Origin: a virus | Virus record (IMG/VR): IMGVR_UViG_2902247982_000002 | Location: 18,319-82,318 of that record | DNA: 64,000 nt | Direction: 5' to 3' (one strand) | Part shown: piece by piece, positions 55,235 to 64,000 of the stretch | Layout: every line of letters starts with the position of its first letter | Position numbering within the stretch: the first letter of the stretch is position 1 | Position numbers and translations under genes: made by a program | Notes under the pieces: model-generated | The model's database searches: none | What the model saw: the letters and a program-made list of their open reading frames with translations, nothing else | What the model was told of the DNA's origin: nothing

Positions 55235-55647
55235 AATTGACCTTTATCCAAGGCAACGAGGCGCTGGAGGCAGAATTCCCCCAGTTGCTGCCGATCTTCG
55301 AACGGTTGCCCGTGGTGCCGGAGTACCGGCCCGCGCAGCTGCTGGACCTGGCGCAGCGCGGTGCCGCCCACATCGGCCGGATCGAGGATGAGAGCGGTCT
55401 GCTGATCGGCGCTATGGCGTTCGAATTCATCAACTACCCGGATGTTCTGGCGGTGAACATCATCGCCCTGGCCGGGGAACGCCTGGACGACATTGCTGCG
55501 GATCTGTTCGGCAAGTTCAAGGATTTTTGCAGGCTCGCTGGTGCCGACATCGTCGAGGCGCGGTGCGGTGAGGGGATGAGCCGGCTGTTACAGCGTTACG
55601 GGTTTGGCAAGGCGTACAACGTCGTGCGCGCGAATTTAGGAGATTGA
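55231..55647 (+). CDS. GNAT-like hypothetical protein
   Basis: GTGA overlap; NIIALAG...RLLQRYGF. Confidence 0.55.
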   Translation: MKLTFIQGNEALEAEFPQLLPIFERLPVVPEYRPAQLLDLAQRGAAHIGRIEDESGLLIGAMAFEFINYPDVLAVNIIALAGERLDDIAADLFGKFKDFCRLAGADIVEARCGEGMSRLLQRYGFGKAYNVVRANLGD

Positions 55648-55648
55648 C

Positions 55649-56512
55649 ATGTCAGGTGGTGGCGGTGGTGACGGCGGCGCCCAGAAGATGGAACAGCAGC
55701 GCCAGGCCCGCGTGCAGTCCGCGGTGGACGCGATCAACCGGATTTTCAATGGCGGGAGCATCCAAGGGGTGAACGCTGCAACGACCTACGATCCGTCCAA
55801 GACCTACTATTTGGCGGACGGGTCGGTCTACAAACCGCCGACGAAGACAGTCCGCGAGGCTGTTTCCACCGGCTTGGCCACGTCCGATAGCGCGTCACCG
55901 GACTGGGAATGGCGCAACCGCGAAGTCACAGACCAGAGTGCCGTCGACAATCTGTTGCGCAGCGGGCAGCTGTTTACGGGCACCCAGAACGTACCGGGCG
56001 CTGGCCGGTCTGCGCTCTATGACCAGCAACGCAAGGCCGTGACCGACCTGAACCGCCGCGACGTCGACCGCCAGTTCCTGGAAGCAGAGCGCGCCAACCG
56101 TTTCGGCTTGGCCCGTGCCGGCCTGTCTGGTGGCTCGGCCGACATCGACAGCAACGCCGAGCTGCAGCGCCGAACCAATGAAGGGCTCATCAAGGCGGCC
56201 GGCATCGGTGACCAGGCCGCGGCGGACCTGCAGACGGCCGACGAGCGCAGCCGGCAGAATCTGATCTCCATGGCGCAATCCGGCATCGACACTGGCCAGG
56301 CCGCCCAGATGGCGCTGTCCCAGTTGGACGCGAACTCGGCGAACGCCGCATCCGCGCGCAGCGGCGCCACGGTCGGCAACCTGTTCGGCGATTTGGCGCA
56401 GGCCTACCTGTACGGCCAGCAGCAGCAGGGCGCCCGCGCCGGCGCGGCTCCGTACCAGCAATGGCAGCCGGGAACCAGCAGCAACCCGCGCAACAGCTAT
56501 CAGGGCACGTAA
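55649..56512 (+). CDS. Putative internal virion (ejection) protein
   Basis: MSGGGGG start, ARAGLSGGS, Gln/Ala-rich. Confidence 0.65.
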   Translation: MSGGGGGDGGAQKMEQQRQARVQSAVDAINRIFNGGSIQGVNAATTYDPSKTYYLADGSVYKPPTKTVREAVSTGLATSDSASPDWEWRNREVTDQSAVDNLLRSGQLFTGTQNVPGAGRSALYDQQRKAVTDLNRRDVDRQFLEAERANRFGLARAGLSGGSADIDSNAELQRRTNEGLIKAAGIGDQAAADLQTADERSRQNLISMAQSGIDTGQAAQMALSQLDANSANAASARSGATVGNLFGDLAQAYLYGQQQQGARAGAAPYQQWQPGTSSNPRNSYQGT

Positions 56513-56521
56513 GGAGCAGCC

Positions 56522-57199
56522 ATGGGACCGTTAGCGATTGCCGGCCTGATCTCGATGATCGCCGGTGCAGCCGTGCAGCAGCAGGCCGCAGAAAGCGCGC
56601 GCCGCAACCAGCAGCGGCTGATCCAGGAAAACCTCATGCGCCAGCAGGGCTTCCAGCGTGAAGCCGAGCAGGCCGCCCTGGACCGGGCCAAAGAGTTTGC
56701 CCCGGAGGTGCGCGAGGACAAGCAAAAGCAGCTGGAGCAGGAAGCGACCCAGCAGATGATCCAGCCGGTCGAGCAGGCCGCGCCGGCGATGCAGGAGCAG
56801 TCGGCCGTTCAGGGCAACCTGTCCGCCGACTATACGGCCGGGCGCGCCAAGTCGCAGGCCGAGCAGCTGCGCAGCGCCAACGCGCTGGCGGGCATCCTGG
56901 GCAAGATCACCGGCGCGGGCCGGCTGCGCCAGAACGAGGCCCTGGACATGGCCGAGACGGGCCAGCTGATCGACCGGCTCAAGAGCTTCTCGCAGGGCAG
57001 CAACGCTGCCGCCCAGGTCGGGATCAGTCGCGCGGGTCAGCCGAACGGCGGCACGATGCTGCTGGGCGGCCTGCTGCAAGCTGGCGGCGCGGCGGGGATG
57101 ATGAGCGGTCTGGCTGGTGCCGGCGGCGCTGCCAAGGGCGCGAGTGCCTGGTCTGGCAGCGCTGATGGACTGTCTGGAAACTGGTTGCCCTTGAGGTAA
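56522..57199 (+). CDS. Putative internal virion (ejection) protein
   Basis: Hydrophobic N-terminus, Gln-rich coil, Gly-rich tail. Confidence 0.65.
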   Translation: MGPLAIAGLISMIAGAAVQQQAAESARRNQQRLIQENLMRQQGFQREAEQAALDRAKEFAPEVREDKQKQLEQEATQQMIQPVEQAAPAMQEQSAVQGNLSADYTAGRAKSQAEQLRSANALAGILGKITGAGRLRQNEALDMAETGQLIDRLKSFSQGSNAAAQVGISRAGQPNGGTMLLGGLLQAGGAAGMMSGLAGAGGAAKGASAWSGSADGLSGNWLPLR

Positions 57200-57204
57200 T
57201 TGAT

Positions 57205-58383
57205 ATGGCTGGCTTGAATGACAACTTCGCACAAGGCGTTCTTCCGGGTCTGAGCGCCGCGGTCAAGGCTCTCGCTCTGGGTGGCAACGCGCGCGACACG
57301 GCGCAACTTCAAACTGGACTGATGGCTGCGCAGGCAGCCAAGGCCGGCCAAGACGCGGCTCTGGATGCGCGAAAGATCCAGCAGTTGAATGACCCGCAAG
57401 TCGCGGCCCAGCTCAACGCCATCGCGCCCGGCCTGGGCGTGCTTTTTGGTACCGGAGCCGATGTGAGCAACCTCGCCGGCGGCGCCAAGTCGTTGCAGCA
57501 GCTTGGATACCGCCGCCAGGTGCTGGCGAATATGGGCGACCCGGGAACCGACCGCGACAAGATCAACTTGGGCACGTCGGTGGTGGAGGGCAAGACCTAT
57601 GAGCCATTCGCCAACATCGCGGACACCGGGATGGTTCTGGACAAGGGAACCGGGGCCATAGGTGCGGCCAATCCGGCCATGGCGGCGCTGTTCGGCCAGA
57701 ACGCCGCGGCCAGTGCGGCGCTGAAGGCCGCACAGGCCCGCGATGCCGGCCGGAAATTCGACTCGACGCGCGGCGTGGTGGTGAACTTGGCCGACAATAC
57801 GGCGTCTCCCGTTACCGGGCCGGGCGGTGCGCCGCTGCCTCAATCGAACACGGCCTTCAATAAGGCCTACGACGAGGGCAAGGCGAAGGACCTGGTCGAC
57901 GCGGAAAACACCATCCGCAAGGCCGGTATGCAGGCACCGTCGACGCTGGGCAAGCTGGATCTGATGGAGCGGCTGGTGGGCGACTACGAGGGCGGCCGAC
58001 TCACGGGCATGGCAATGACGGCAGCGTCCATTGGCAATTCGCTGGGTATTCCCATCGACACGAAGCTGGGCGACAAGCAGGCCGCGGAGGCGCTTTTCAA
58101 CGAGTTCGCGCTGAAATTGAAGAACGCCGGCGGCACCAACCAGATGCCCGGCGCCCTGTCAGACCGCGATCTGGCGTTCTTGCAGGCTACCGCGCCACAG
58201 CTCACGCAATCAGCGGAGGGCCGGCGTCAGATCATCGAGTCTTTCCGGAAGCTGGCGCAGCGTGATCAGCGAGTGGCTGAAATGGCCAACGCCTACAAGC
58301 AGCGCAACAACGGCCGGCTGGACGACGGCTTCTTCGAGCGCTTGACGGCCTGGTCCGAGCGTAACCCCCTATTCGGCGACTGA
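57205..58383 (+). CDS. Putative internal virion (ejection) protein
   Basis: GALSDRDLAFL motif; position. Confidence 0.65.
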   Translation: MAGLNDNFAQGVLPGLSAAVKALALGGNARDTAQLQTGLMAAQAAKAGQDAALDARKIQQLNDPQVAAQLNAIAPGLGVLFGTGADVSNLAGGAKSLQQLGYRRQVLANMGDPGTDRDKINLGTSVVEGKTYEPFANIADTGMVLDKGTGAIGAANPAMAALFGQNAAASAALKAAQARDAGRKFDSTRGVVVNLADNTASPVTGPGGAPLPQSNTAFNKAYDEGKAKDLVDAENTIRKAGMQAPSTLGKLDLMERLVGDYEGGRLTGMAMTAASIGNSLGIPIDTKLGDKQAAEALFNEFALKLKNAGGTNQMPGALSDRDLAFLQATAPQLTQSAEGRRQIIESFRKLAQRDQRVAEMANAYKQRNNGRLDDGFFERLTAWSERNPLFGD

Positions 58384-58384
58384 C

Positions 58385-61225
58385 ATGGCGACGATTGAAG
58401 AACTTTCCGGCATGGCGAAAGACCCGCGCGTCCGCCGCTTCTTGGATGCCATCGGGAGCGCGGAGGGCACGGACACGCACGGCTACAACACCGCATTCGG
58501 TGGCGGCAAGCTGGAATCGCTTGCCGACCATCCCCGGCAGTTGCACGACTTCACGCAGACGGACGGCACGCCGAACAAGACCAGCGCCGCCGGCCGCTAC
58601 CAGTTCCTGCAAAGCACCTGGGACGACCTGGCCAAATCGCTGAATCTGCCCGATTTCGGCCCGGAGAGCCAGGATATCGGCGCCGTCGAACTGCTGCGGC
58701 GCAATGGCGCGCTGCCGGCGGTGCTGGCTGGCGATTACGACACGGCCATCAAGAAATCCGGCGGGACGTGGGCCAGCCTGCCGTCCAGTCCATACGCGCA
58801 GCCCAAGCGGTCTGCCGGTTTCATGGCCAATGTACTGGACAAGGCTGCCTCGGCGATCTTTCCTTCGGCCCAGGCCGGCACTTTGCCGGCGGCGGACCCC
58901 TTCGCCGATATCTTCGCGGATACCCCGAAAGCCGCGTCGGCTCCTGCTGGCAGTGCCATGCCCGCCGCAGTGCCTGCGTCCAGCGCGGGCGCGGCGGCCA
59001 GGTCGGACCCGTTTGCCGACATCTTTGCTGATGAGCCGCGCCAAGCTGGCGTTACCGAAAGTCGCGGTGAGGATGGCGCTCTGCGCCTCGAAATGAGTCA
59101 TGGAGGCAGCGCGGCGCCTGCGCGTGTCGGCCCCATGCGCGAGCAGTTGGATACGAACCCTTCGCCCGATCGCGGCGGCATCGGTGGTGCCTTGTTCATG
59201 GGCGCCGTGCGTGACCCATTGGACGCCGGAGCGCAGCTTCTCGCGCGCGGCGTGCGCGCCGCGACGGGCATCATCCCGGACGCACTGGGCGGCGAGACTG
59301 CCCGCCGGTTCATGGATGAGCAAGTCGGTGACCTGGACAAGCAGATCCGCACCGCAAACCGCGAATACGATGAATCCCGCGAACTGGCCGGCCGAGATGG
59401 CTTGGACATCGCGCGTGGCGTCGGCAATGTGGCGAGTCCTGCCAACATTCCGATCGCGCGAATGATCGGCGGCGCCAGCTCTCTCGGGCAATTAGCAGCC
59501 CGCGGCGCGGCTGCCGGTGCGGCCGGCAGCATGATGCAGCCCGTAGTCGACAAGGACCGGCAGGATAGCTTCGGGGGCACGAAACTGGGCCAGGCTGCTG
59601 TCGGCGCCGCTGCCGGTGCCGTGCTTACCCCGGTGATGGCGCGTGCGACGGAGGCAATCGCGCAGCGGGCTTCGGCACTGCTGGCGCGCTTGCGCGGCCC
59701 GTCGCAGGCGCAGATCGATGCCGCCATGCGTCAGGCGGCGCAGGACGTCGCCGGCGCGGATGCCAGCCAGCTACCCGAGTCGATTCTGCAGCGCGTGCGC
59801 CAGCAGGTGGCGGAATCGTTGGCTGCCGGCCGCCAGCCCGATGCGGCGGCGCTGCTCCGTCGTGCCGAGTTCGAAGAACTGGGAATGCAGCCGACGCTTG
59901 GGCAGATCACTCGAGATCCCATGCAGTTCGCGCGCGAGCGGAACCTGCGGGGCGTCGACTTGGGTGGAGGCCAGAACCCACTCGCCAGCAGGTTCGCCGA
60001 CCAGAATCAGCAGCTCGTCAGCCAGTTCGAACAGTTGGGTGCCGGCCGGGCCGATAGCTCGTACCAGGCGGGGTTAGGCCTCATCAACCAACTGCGCGCG
60101 GCGGACGAGCCGGTACAGGACGCGGTGAACGCCGCATACCGCGCCGCCCGGGGCGCAGACGGGCGCTATGCCGACCTGAACACCTCGATGTTCGCCGAGC
60201 GCGCCAACAGCGTTCTGGACGAGCAGATGCTGGGCCGGTTCCTGCCCGAGGGCGTGCGCGGGATGATGAACGACGTGGCCAGCGGCCGGATCCCTTTGAA
60301 CGTGAACAACGCGGTGCAGTTCGACAGCGTATTGAGCGAAGCGCAGCGCGCGGCATTACGAGCGGGGAATCGTGCTGAAGCGCGCGCGGTGGGCGTGGTT
60401 CGGGACGCCCTGAACGGCACGCCCCTCATCGACGATGCAGTTGCGGCAGCATCTGGGCCTGCCCAGCCGTTGCTGGGCGCCTTCAACAATGAGGTGCGCG
60501 GCGCGGCTGCCTCCGCAGCTCCTGACGCGGCCCCCGGCGGCATTGGCGCCGCTGCGCGGCAAGCCTTTGATGATGCTCGGGCGCTGGCGCGTGACCGCTT
60601 CGCCACCATCGAGCAGACGCCAGCCCTCAAGGCTGCGCTGGATGGAGCCGACCCGGACACGTTCGTCCGCAAGTTCATCCTGGGTGGCAGCACCAATGAA
60701 CTGCGGTCGCTGCGTGATGTGCTGCAGAATTCGCCGCAAGCCGTGCAACAGGTGCGCTCCCAGATCGCGGAGCATCTGCGCCAGGCAGCCTTCGGACCGA
60801 ACGCAGCGGGGGACACGCCGATGGCCGTCTCGCGCTACATGAGCGCGTTGCAACGGATGGGGCGCGACAAGCTGGAGACGTTTTTCAGCCCCGAGGAAGT
60901 GCAGCGGCTGATGAGCGTGGGGAGGGTGGGGCAGTTCATCACCACGCAGCCGGCTGGCGCAGCCGTGAACAACAGCAACACGGCGTCGGCGGCGATGAAC
61001 CTGCTGGCCGAGCTATCGGGCCCGGTCGGCCGGATTCCGGGTGTGCGGCTTCTGCGCGACCAGGTCCGGGGTTGGCAAAACGAGATGGCCGCTGGCCGGG
61101 CGCTTTCGGCCCAGCCGGGCGCACCACGCGCCGACCTTCCGCCCGAGGTCATGAATGGCTTGCGCGCGTTGTTCCCGCTTGCGCCGATTGCTGGCGGCGT
61201 TGCGGGCGGCTCGCTGCTCAAGTAG
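58385..61225 (+). CDS. Large internal virion protein with N-terminal lambda-lysozyme-like domain
   Basis: FLDAIGSAEGT, SAAGRYQFL..TW, DFGPESQD, WASLP. Confidence 0.85.
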   Translation: MATIEELSGMAKDPRVRRFLDAIGSAEGTDTHGYNTAFGGGKLESLADHPRQLHDFTQTDGTPNKTSAAGRYQFLQSTWDDLAKSLNLPDFGPESQDIGAVELLRRNGALPAVLAGDYDTAIKKSGGTWASLPSSPYAQPKRSAGFMANVLDKAASAIFPSAQAGTLPAADPFADIFADTPKAASAPAGSAMPAAVPASSAGAAARSDPFADIFADEPRQAGVTESRGEDGALRLEMSHGGSAAPARVGPMREQLDTNPSPDRGGIGGALFMGAVRDPLDAGAQLLARGVRAATGIIPDALGGETARRFMDEQVGDLDKQIRTANREYDESRELAGRDGLDIARGVGNVASPANIPIARMIGGASSLGQLAARGAAAGAAGSMMQPVVDKDRQDSFGGTKLGQAAVGAAAGAVLTPVMARATEAIAQRASALLARLRGPSQAQIDAAMRQAAQDVAGADASQLPESILQRVRQQVAESLAAGRQPDAAALLRRAEFEELGMQPTLGQITRDPMQFARERNLRGVDLGGGQNPLASRFADQNQQLVSQFEQLGAGRADSSYQAGLGLINQLRAADEPVQDAVNAAYRAARGADGRYADLNTSMFAERANSVLDEQMLGRFLPEGVRGMMNDVASGRIPLNVNNAVQFDSVLSEAQRAALRAGNRAEARAVGVVRDALNGTPLIDDAVAAASGPAQPLLGAFNNEVRGAAASAAPDAAPGGIGAAARQAFDDARALARDRFATIEQTPALKAALDGADPDTFVRKFILGGSTNELRSLRDVLQNSPQAVQQVRSQIAEHLRQAAFGPNAAGDTPMAVSRYMSALQRMGRDKLETFFSPEEVQRLMSVGRVGQFITTQPAGAAVNNSNTASAAMNLLAELSGPVGRIPGVRLLRDQVRGWQNEMAAGRALSAQPGAPRADLPPEVMNGLRALFPLAPIAGGVAGGSLLK

Positions 61226-61297
61226 CTTGAGGACCACCGACCATAGGCCGATGCCTATGGCGGTGCAGGCAATTCGGAAAATCTCGTCGGCGGACAT
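61013..61297 (-). CDS. Small membrane protein
   Basis: Starts 2 bp after lipoprotein stop; TM segment then basic tail; overlaps 58385 gene antisense. Confidence 0.45.
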   Translation of the reverse strand: MSADEIFRIACTAIGIGLWSVVLKLLEQRAARNAASNRRKREQRAQAIHDLGRKVGAWCARLGRKRPASGHLVLPTPDLVAQKPHTRNPADRAR

Positions 61298-61299
61298 CG

Positions 61300-61830
61300 T
61301 CAATAGCAGTTCGTCGAGTACACACCGCCGACAGACGTGGTGGTGCAGTTCACTGGGCCGACAGGGCCGTAGGCGTTCCTGAACGAATTTCCCATGCTCT
61401 GGAGGAAGATGTACGGGGCCATATTCGGTTGGCTCGGTTGTGCCGTTGCTGCGTTGTACTGCGCCTTTTTAGCCTGCCAGTTCTGTTCGTGTTCGTTCGC
61501 CTTTTTCTGGATGAGGTAGCCCGCCTCATCTTCTGAAATCTCACCTTTCTCCTGCTTCGAGAACACCAGAACGGAGTAATTCCACAGGTCTTGAATCTGG
61601 TAGTCCTGCGGGAATGCGGTCCGGACATAGGTGGCCATGCGCTGAGCCCCCTGTTTCGGGGTGATTTCGCCATCGATGATCATCTTTGCCACGCCATCGC
61701 GGGTTCGATCATATGAGGCCTGCTGGTCTCGCGCGAAATCGGATTCGGAATAGGTCGGGCCCACCTGCTGCTGGGCACAGCCCGCAGCCACGAGCGCCAG
61801 GGCGGCGGCCATCACCATCTGCTTGAACAT
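61300..61830 (-). CDS. Accessory lipoprotein
   Basis: Signal peptide with lipobox VAAGC; AAGGAG RBS; opposite strand; lower GC. Confidence 0.8.
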   Translation of the reverse strand: MFKQMVMAAALALVAAGCAQQQVGPTYSESDFARDQQASYDRTRDGVAKMIIDGEITPKQGAQRMATYVRTAFPQDYQIQDLWNYSVLVFSKQEKGEISEDEAGYLIQKKANEHEQNWQAKKAQYNAATAQPSQPNMAPYIFLQSMGNSFRNAYGPVGPVNCTTTSVGGVYSTNCY

Positions 61831-61944
61831 ACCGGCTCCTTGATCATTATTTGCGCAGATTCTACCGCCAGATTGGCGCGTTGACGAAAATCCATCAGCG
61901 CCCGGCCCGCGCCACAGAATGGCTCATCCCTATTGGAGCCGTTC

Positions 61945-62436
61945 ATGGACCTCAAGACGATCACCGAAACAGCGATCAACCCAGCGCTGGCGCTGCTGCC
62001 GGCCGCCATGGACACGCCGGCGGCGCGCGTCATGCTGCTGGCAATCGGCCTGCAGGAAAGCCGCTTCGTGCATCGGCGGCAGATAGGCGGCCCGGCCCGC
62101 GGTTTCTGGCAATTCGAAAAGGGCACGCGGGCGAGCCGCGGCGGCGTGTGGGGAGTGTTTCTGCACGCGGCGAGCAAGGGACACTTGGCGGCGCTGTGCA
62201 AGGCCCGCAGCGTGGCTTGCGACCCGGACGCGATCTACGCCGCGCTGGAGTATGACGACGTGCTGGCCGCCGGCGTTGCGCGGCTGCTGCTGTGGACTGA
62301 CCCGAAGGCGCTGCCGCCGGTCGGCGATGCGGACGCCGGCTGGGCGCTGTACCTGCGCACCTGGCGGCCGGGCAAGCCGCATCCGGAAACCTGGCCGGAT
62401 CTATACCGCCAGGCCGTCGCGCAGGTGCAGCCGTGA
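61945..62436 (+). CDS. Putative endolysin
   Basis: Close paralogue of 20971-21462; upstream of spanins. Confidence 0.75.
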   Translation: MDLKTITETAINPALALLPAAMDTPAARVMLLAIGLQESRFVHRRQIGGPARGFWQFEKGTRASRGGVWGVFLHAASKGHLAALCKARSVACDPDAIYAALEYDDVLAAGVARLLLWTDPKALPPVGDADAGWALYLRTWRPGKPHPETWPDLYRQAVAQVQP

Positions 62437-62897
62437 ACCCGTTCCTGCGCATGGCGCTGCCCTGGATCGGCGGCGCCGCGGTGGTGATGGTGCTGGGCGC
62501 GGGCGTGGTGCTGTACGGCGCGCACCGGGAGGCCGCCGGCGTTGCCAAGGAGCGCGCCCGCACCGAAGCCGCGCAGCGCGCCATCACCGAAGCCTACCAA
62601 GTGGAGAAAGATCTTGCTGATGCCCAATACCGTGGTGCCGTCCTGGCGCGCGAGGCTGCGAAAGCTGGCCTGGCTGCTGCCCGTGCTGACCTTGACCGCC
62701 TGCTCCGCGCCGCCGGCCGTGATCCCGCGAATCCCCGAGCCGGCCGCCGACCTGATGAAGCCGGCCCCGACTGGATCGGAGGTTTTGCAGCGTGCTACGC
62801 GGAATATGGAGACCTGGCTGCCGAAGCCGCAGGATGGGCCGACCAGGTGAACGGCCTGCAGGGCTACATCCGCGGGCTGCGCGGTGCCAGGCCCTAG
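62433..62897 (+). CDS. i-spanin (Rz-like)
   Basis: TM segment and coil; paralogue of 21459-21920. Confidence 0.8.
   Translation: MNPFLRMALPWIGGAAVVMVLGAGVVLYGAHREAAGVAKERARTEAAQRAITEAYQVEKDLADAQYRGAVLAREAAKAGLAAARADLDRLLRAAGRDPANPRAGRRPDEAGPDWIGGFAACYAEYGDLAAEAAGWADQVNGLQGYIRGLRGARP
62620..62850 (+). CDS. o-spanin (Rz1-like) embedded lipoprotein
   Basis: Lipobox LTAC; frame conserved in both prophages. Confidence 0.8.
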   Translation: MPNTVVPSWRARLRKLAWLLPVLTLTACSAPPAVIPRIPEPAADLMKPAPTGSEVLQRATRNMETWLPKPQDGPTR

Positions 62898-63112
62898 ACC
62901 GCGTCCGCCCGCTGGGCCAGCCAGAACCAATGCATATGCTTGGCGCGCCGGGCCTTCTGACGCCGGAATGTGATGCGCACCGGTCCGGCGTGGCCCGCGT
63001 CGATCTCGACCGTGTAGTCGCGGTCCTCGGCGGTGGCCGCTGGCGGCAGGGTTAGGGCGGCCCGGGCCACGTAAGAGCCCGGCACCTGTTCCAGAATTCC
63101 GTTGTCGTCCAT
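62894..63112 (-). CDS. Small hypothetical protein
   Basis: ATG 7 bp after upstream stop; 72 aa. Confidence 0.6.
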   Translation of the reverse strand: MDDNGILEQVPGSYVARAALTLPPAATAEDRDYTVEIDAGHAGPVRITFRRQKARRAKHMHWFWLAQRADAV

Positions 63113-63119
63113 GGTCGAC

Positions 63120-63413
63120 CTACCGCGGCCCCATGCCCTTGCGTAGCTTGCGCGGATCTTCCAGCAGCTCGGCCACGTCCTGGTCACGCTCGATCACACA
63201 GGGCTCGTCGGCCAGTCCGGCGATCAGGTCGTCGTAGATCTGGCCCATCAGGCTGGGCGGCCGCTTCAGGTCGCCGGATACTTGGTGCAGGCGCAGCAGC
63301 ACCGAGCGCAGGCGTTTGACCTCCCAGAGCAGGGCGATCACGTCGGCGTTGTTGGGCTGGCGCTCGCGCATGGCGCGCAGTTGGGCGAAGGTCAGGGGTT
63401 TACGGAACGGCAT
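63120..63413 (-). CDS. Conserved small hypothetical protein, LexA-boxed
   Basis: Paralogue of 22491-22784. Confidence 0.8.
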   Translation of the reverse strand: MPFRKPLTFAQLRAMRERQPNNADVIALLWEVKRLRSVLLRLHQVSGDLKRPPSLMGQIYDDLIAGLADEPCVIERDQDVAELLEDPRKLRKGMGPR

Positions 63414-63424
63414 AGCGGAAAACA

Positions 63425-63440
63425 CTGGTTGTGCATCCAG
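63425..63440. promoter_or_regulatory. LexA (SOS) box
   Basis: CTGG-TTGTGCAT-CCAG (CTG-N10-CAG), 11 bp upstream of ATG 63413, same position as in paralogue. Confidence 0.7.
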
Positions 63441-63461
63441 TATATTCCGCAATAATCGGGG

Positions 63462-64000
63462 TCACTTCATAGGGGTTGCCACCAGCCGGTCGGCCGGGAA
63501 GGGCACCAGGAAATCCCGCGTGGCATCTGCCGGCGCGGTGAGCCAGTCGCCGTAGGCGCCCTCTGGCAGGATGACGACCATCCGCTTTTCCTTGCCGGCC
63601 TGGTGGTAGTCCCGGAACAGCGGATCCTGGTCGGCGTTGATGGTGAGCATGGTGTAGCTCTCCTGCACCTGGCCGGCGGCATCGCGCCAGCGATCCCACA
63701 GGCCAGCGATGCCCAGCGGCGCGCCGTCGGCCCGGGTGAAACGGGTGGCCACCGCGGCGCCCGACCTCCAGTCAGGTTCGAAGATGGCGTCGGCCGGGAT
63801 GATGCAGTGCTGGGCACGGCGCCAGGCGTTGCCGAAGGTGAAGGACTTGGCCGCCGTCTCGCTGCGTGCGTTGAACGTGGAGAGCTTGCCGGCCTTGTCC
63901 AGGCTGTCCGCCTTCGTCATGGCGCTGATTAGCCCCCAGCGGCCCACGACCGCCTCGCGCTCCGGCACCGCCTCGTCGCCGGCGTCATGCTCGACCGGCC
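63462..64000 (-). CDS. SRAP-family protein (5' partial)
   Basis: WGLI, FNARSET, CIIPADAIFEP, MLTINAD, KRMVVIL. Confidence 0.9.
   Translation of the reverse strand, partial: PVEHDAGDEAVPEREAVVGRWGLISAMTKADSLDKAGKLSTFNARSETAAKSFTFGNAWRRAQHCIIPADAIFEPDWRSGAAVATRFTRADGAPLGIAGLWDRWRDAAGQVQESYTMLTINADQDPLFRDYHQAGKEKRMVVILPEGAYGDWLTAPADATRDFLVPFPADRLVATPMK

Larger units (their letters stand above)
23889..64000 (+). mobile_element. Prophage 2, temperate phage with podovirus-type morphogenesis module (right end just outside window)
   Basis: att-int-early-cI/cro-replication-terminase-portal-capsid-tail-internal virion proteins-lysis; no tape measure, tail tube or sheath gene. Confidence 0.9.

Overview
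High-GC betaproteobacterial-type DNA (Achromobacter/Bordetella-like by inference) made of two tandem, co-oriented prophages that meet at a 32-bp tRNA-Leu 3'-end att core (23889-23920). Prophage 1 (1-~23.9 kb, left part outside the window) is the late region of a lambda/HK97-like siphovirus: terminases, portal, ClpP protease, capsid, neck, tail with a G/GT frameshift, tape measure, M-fiber-L-K-I-J, a lysis cassette, an accessory gene and a LexA-boxed gene/SRAP module. Prophage 2 (~23.9-64 kb, nearly complete) has a tyrosine integrase, a leftward early operon with RecT/YqaJ/DnaQ-like genes, a cI/cro switch with five 15-bp operators, replication genes with iterons and a podovirus-type structural module. 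Its lysin/spanin and SOS-gene segments are highly similar to those of prophage 1. The most notable items are an accessory protein with a RIPK1/RIPK3-like RHIM motif (21938-22429), a ~265-nt structured leader with four CGCG motifs that can sequester the capsid start codon (48398-48661), a 13x 9-aa repeat protein with a variable di-residue (34654-35544), and long direct repeats that could loop out a hybrid phage. All product calls come from motif recognition and synteny; no database search was run.
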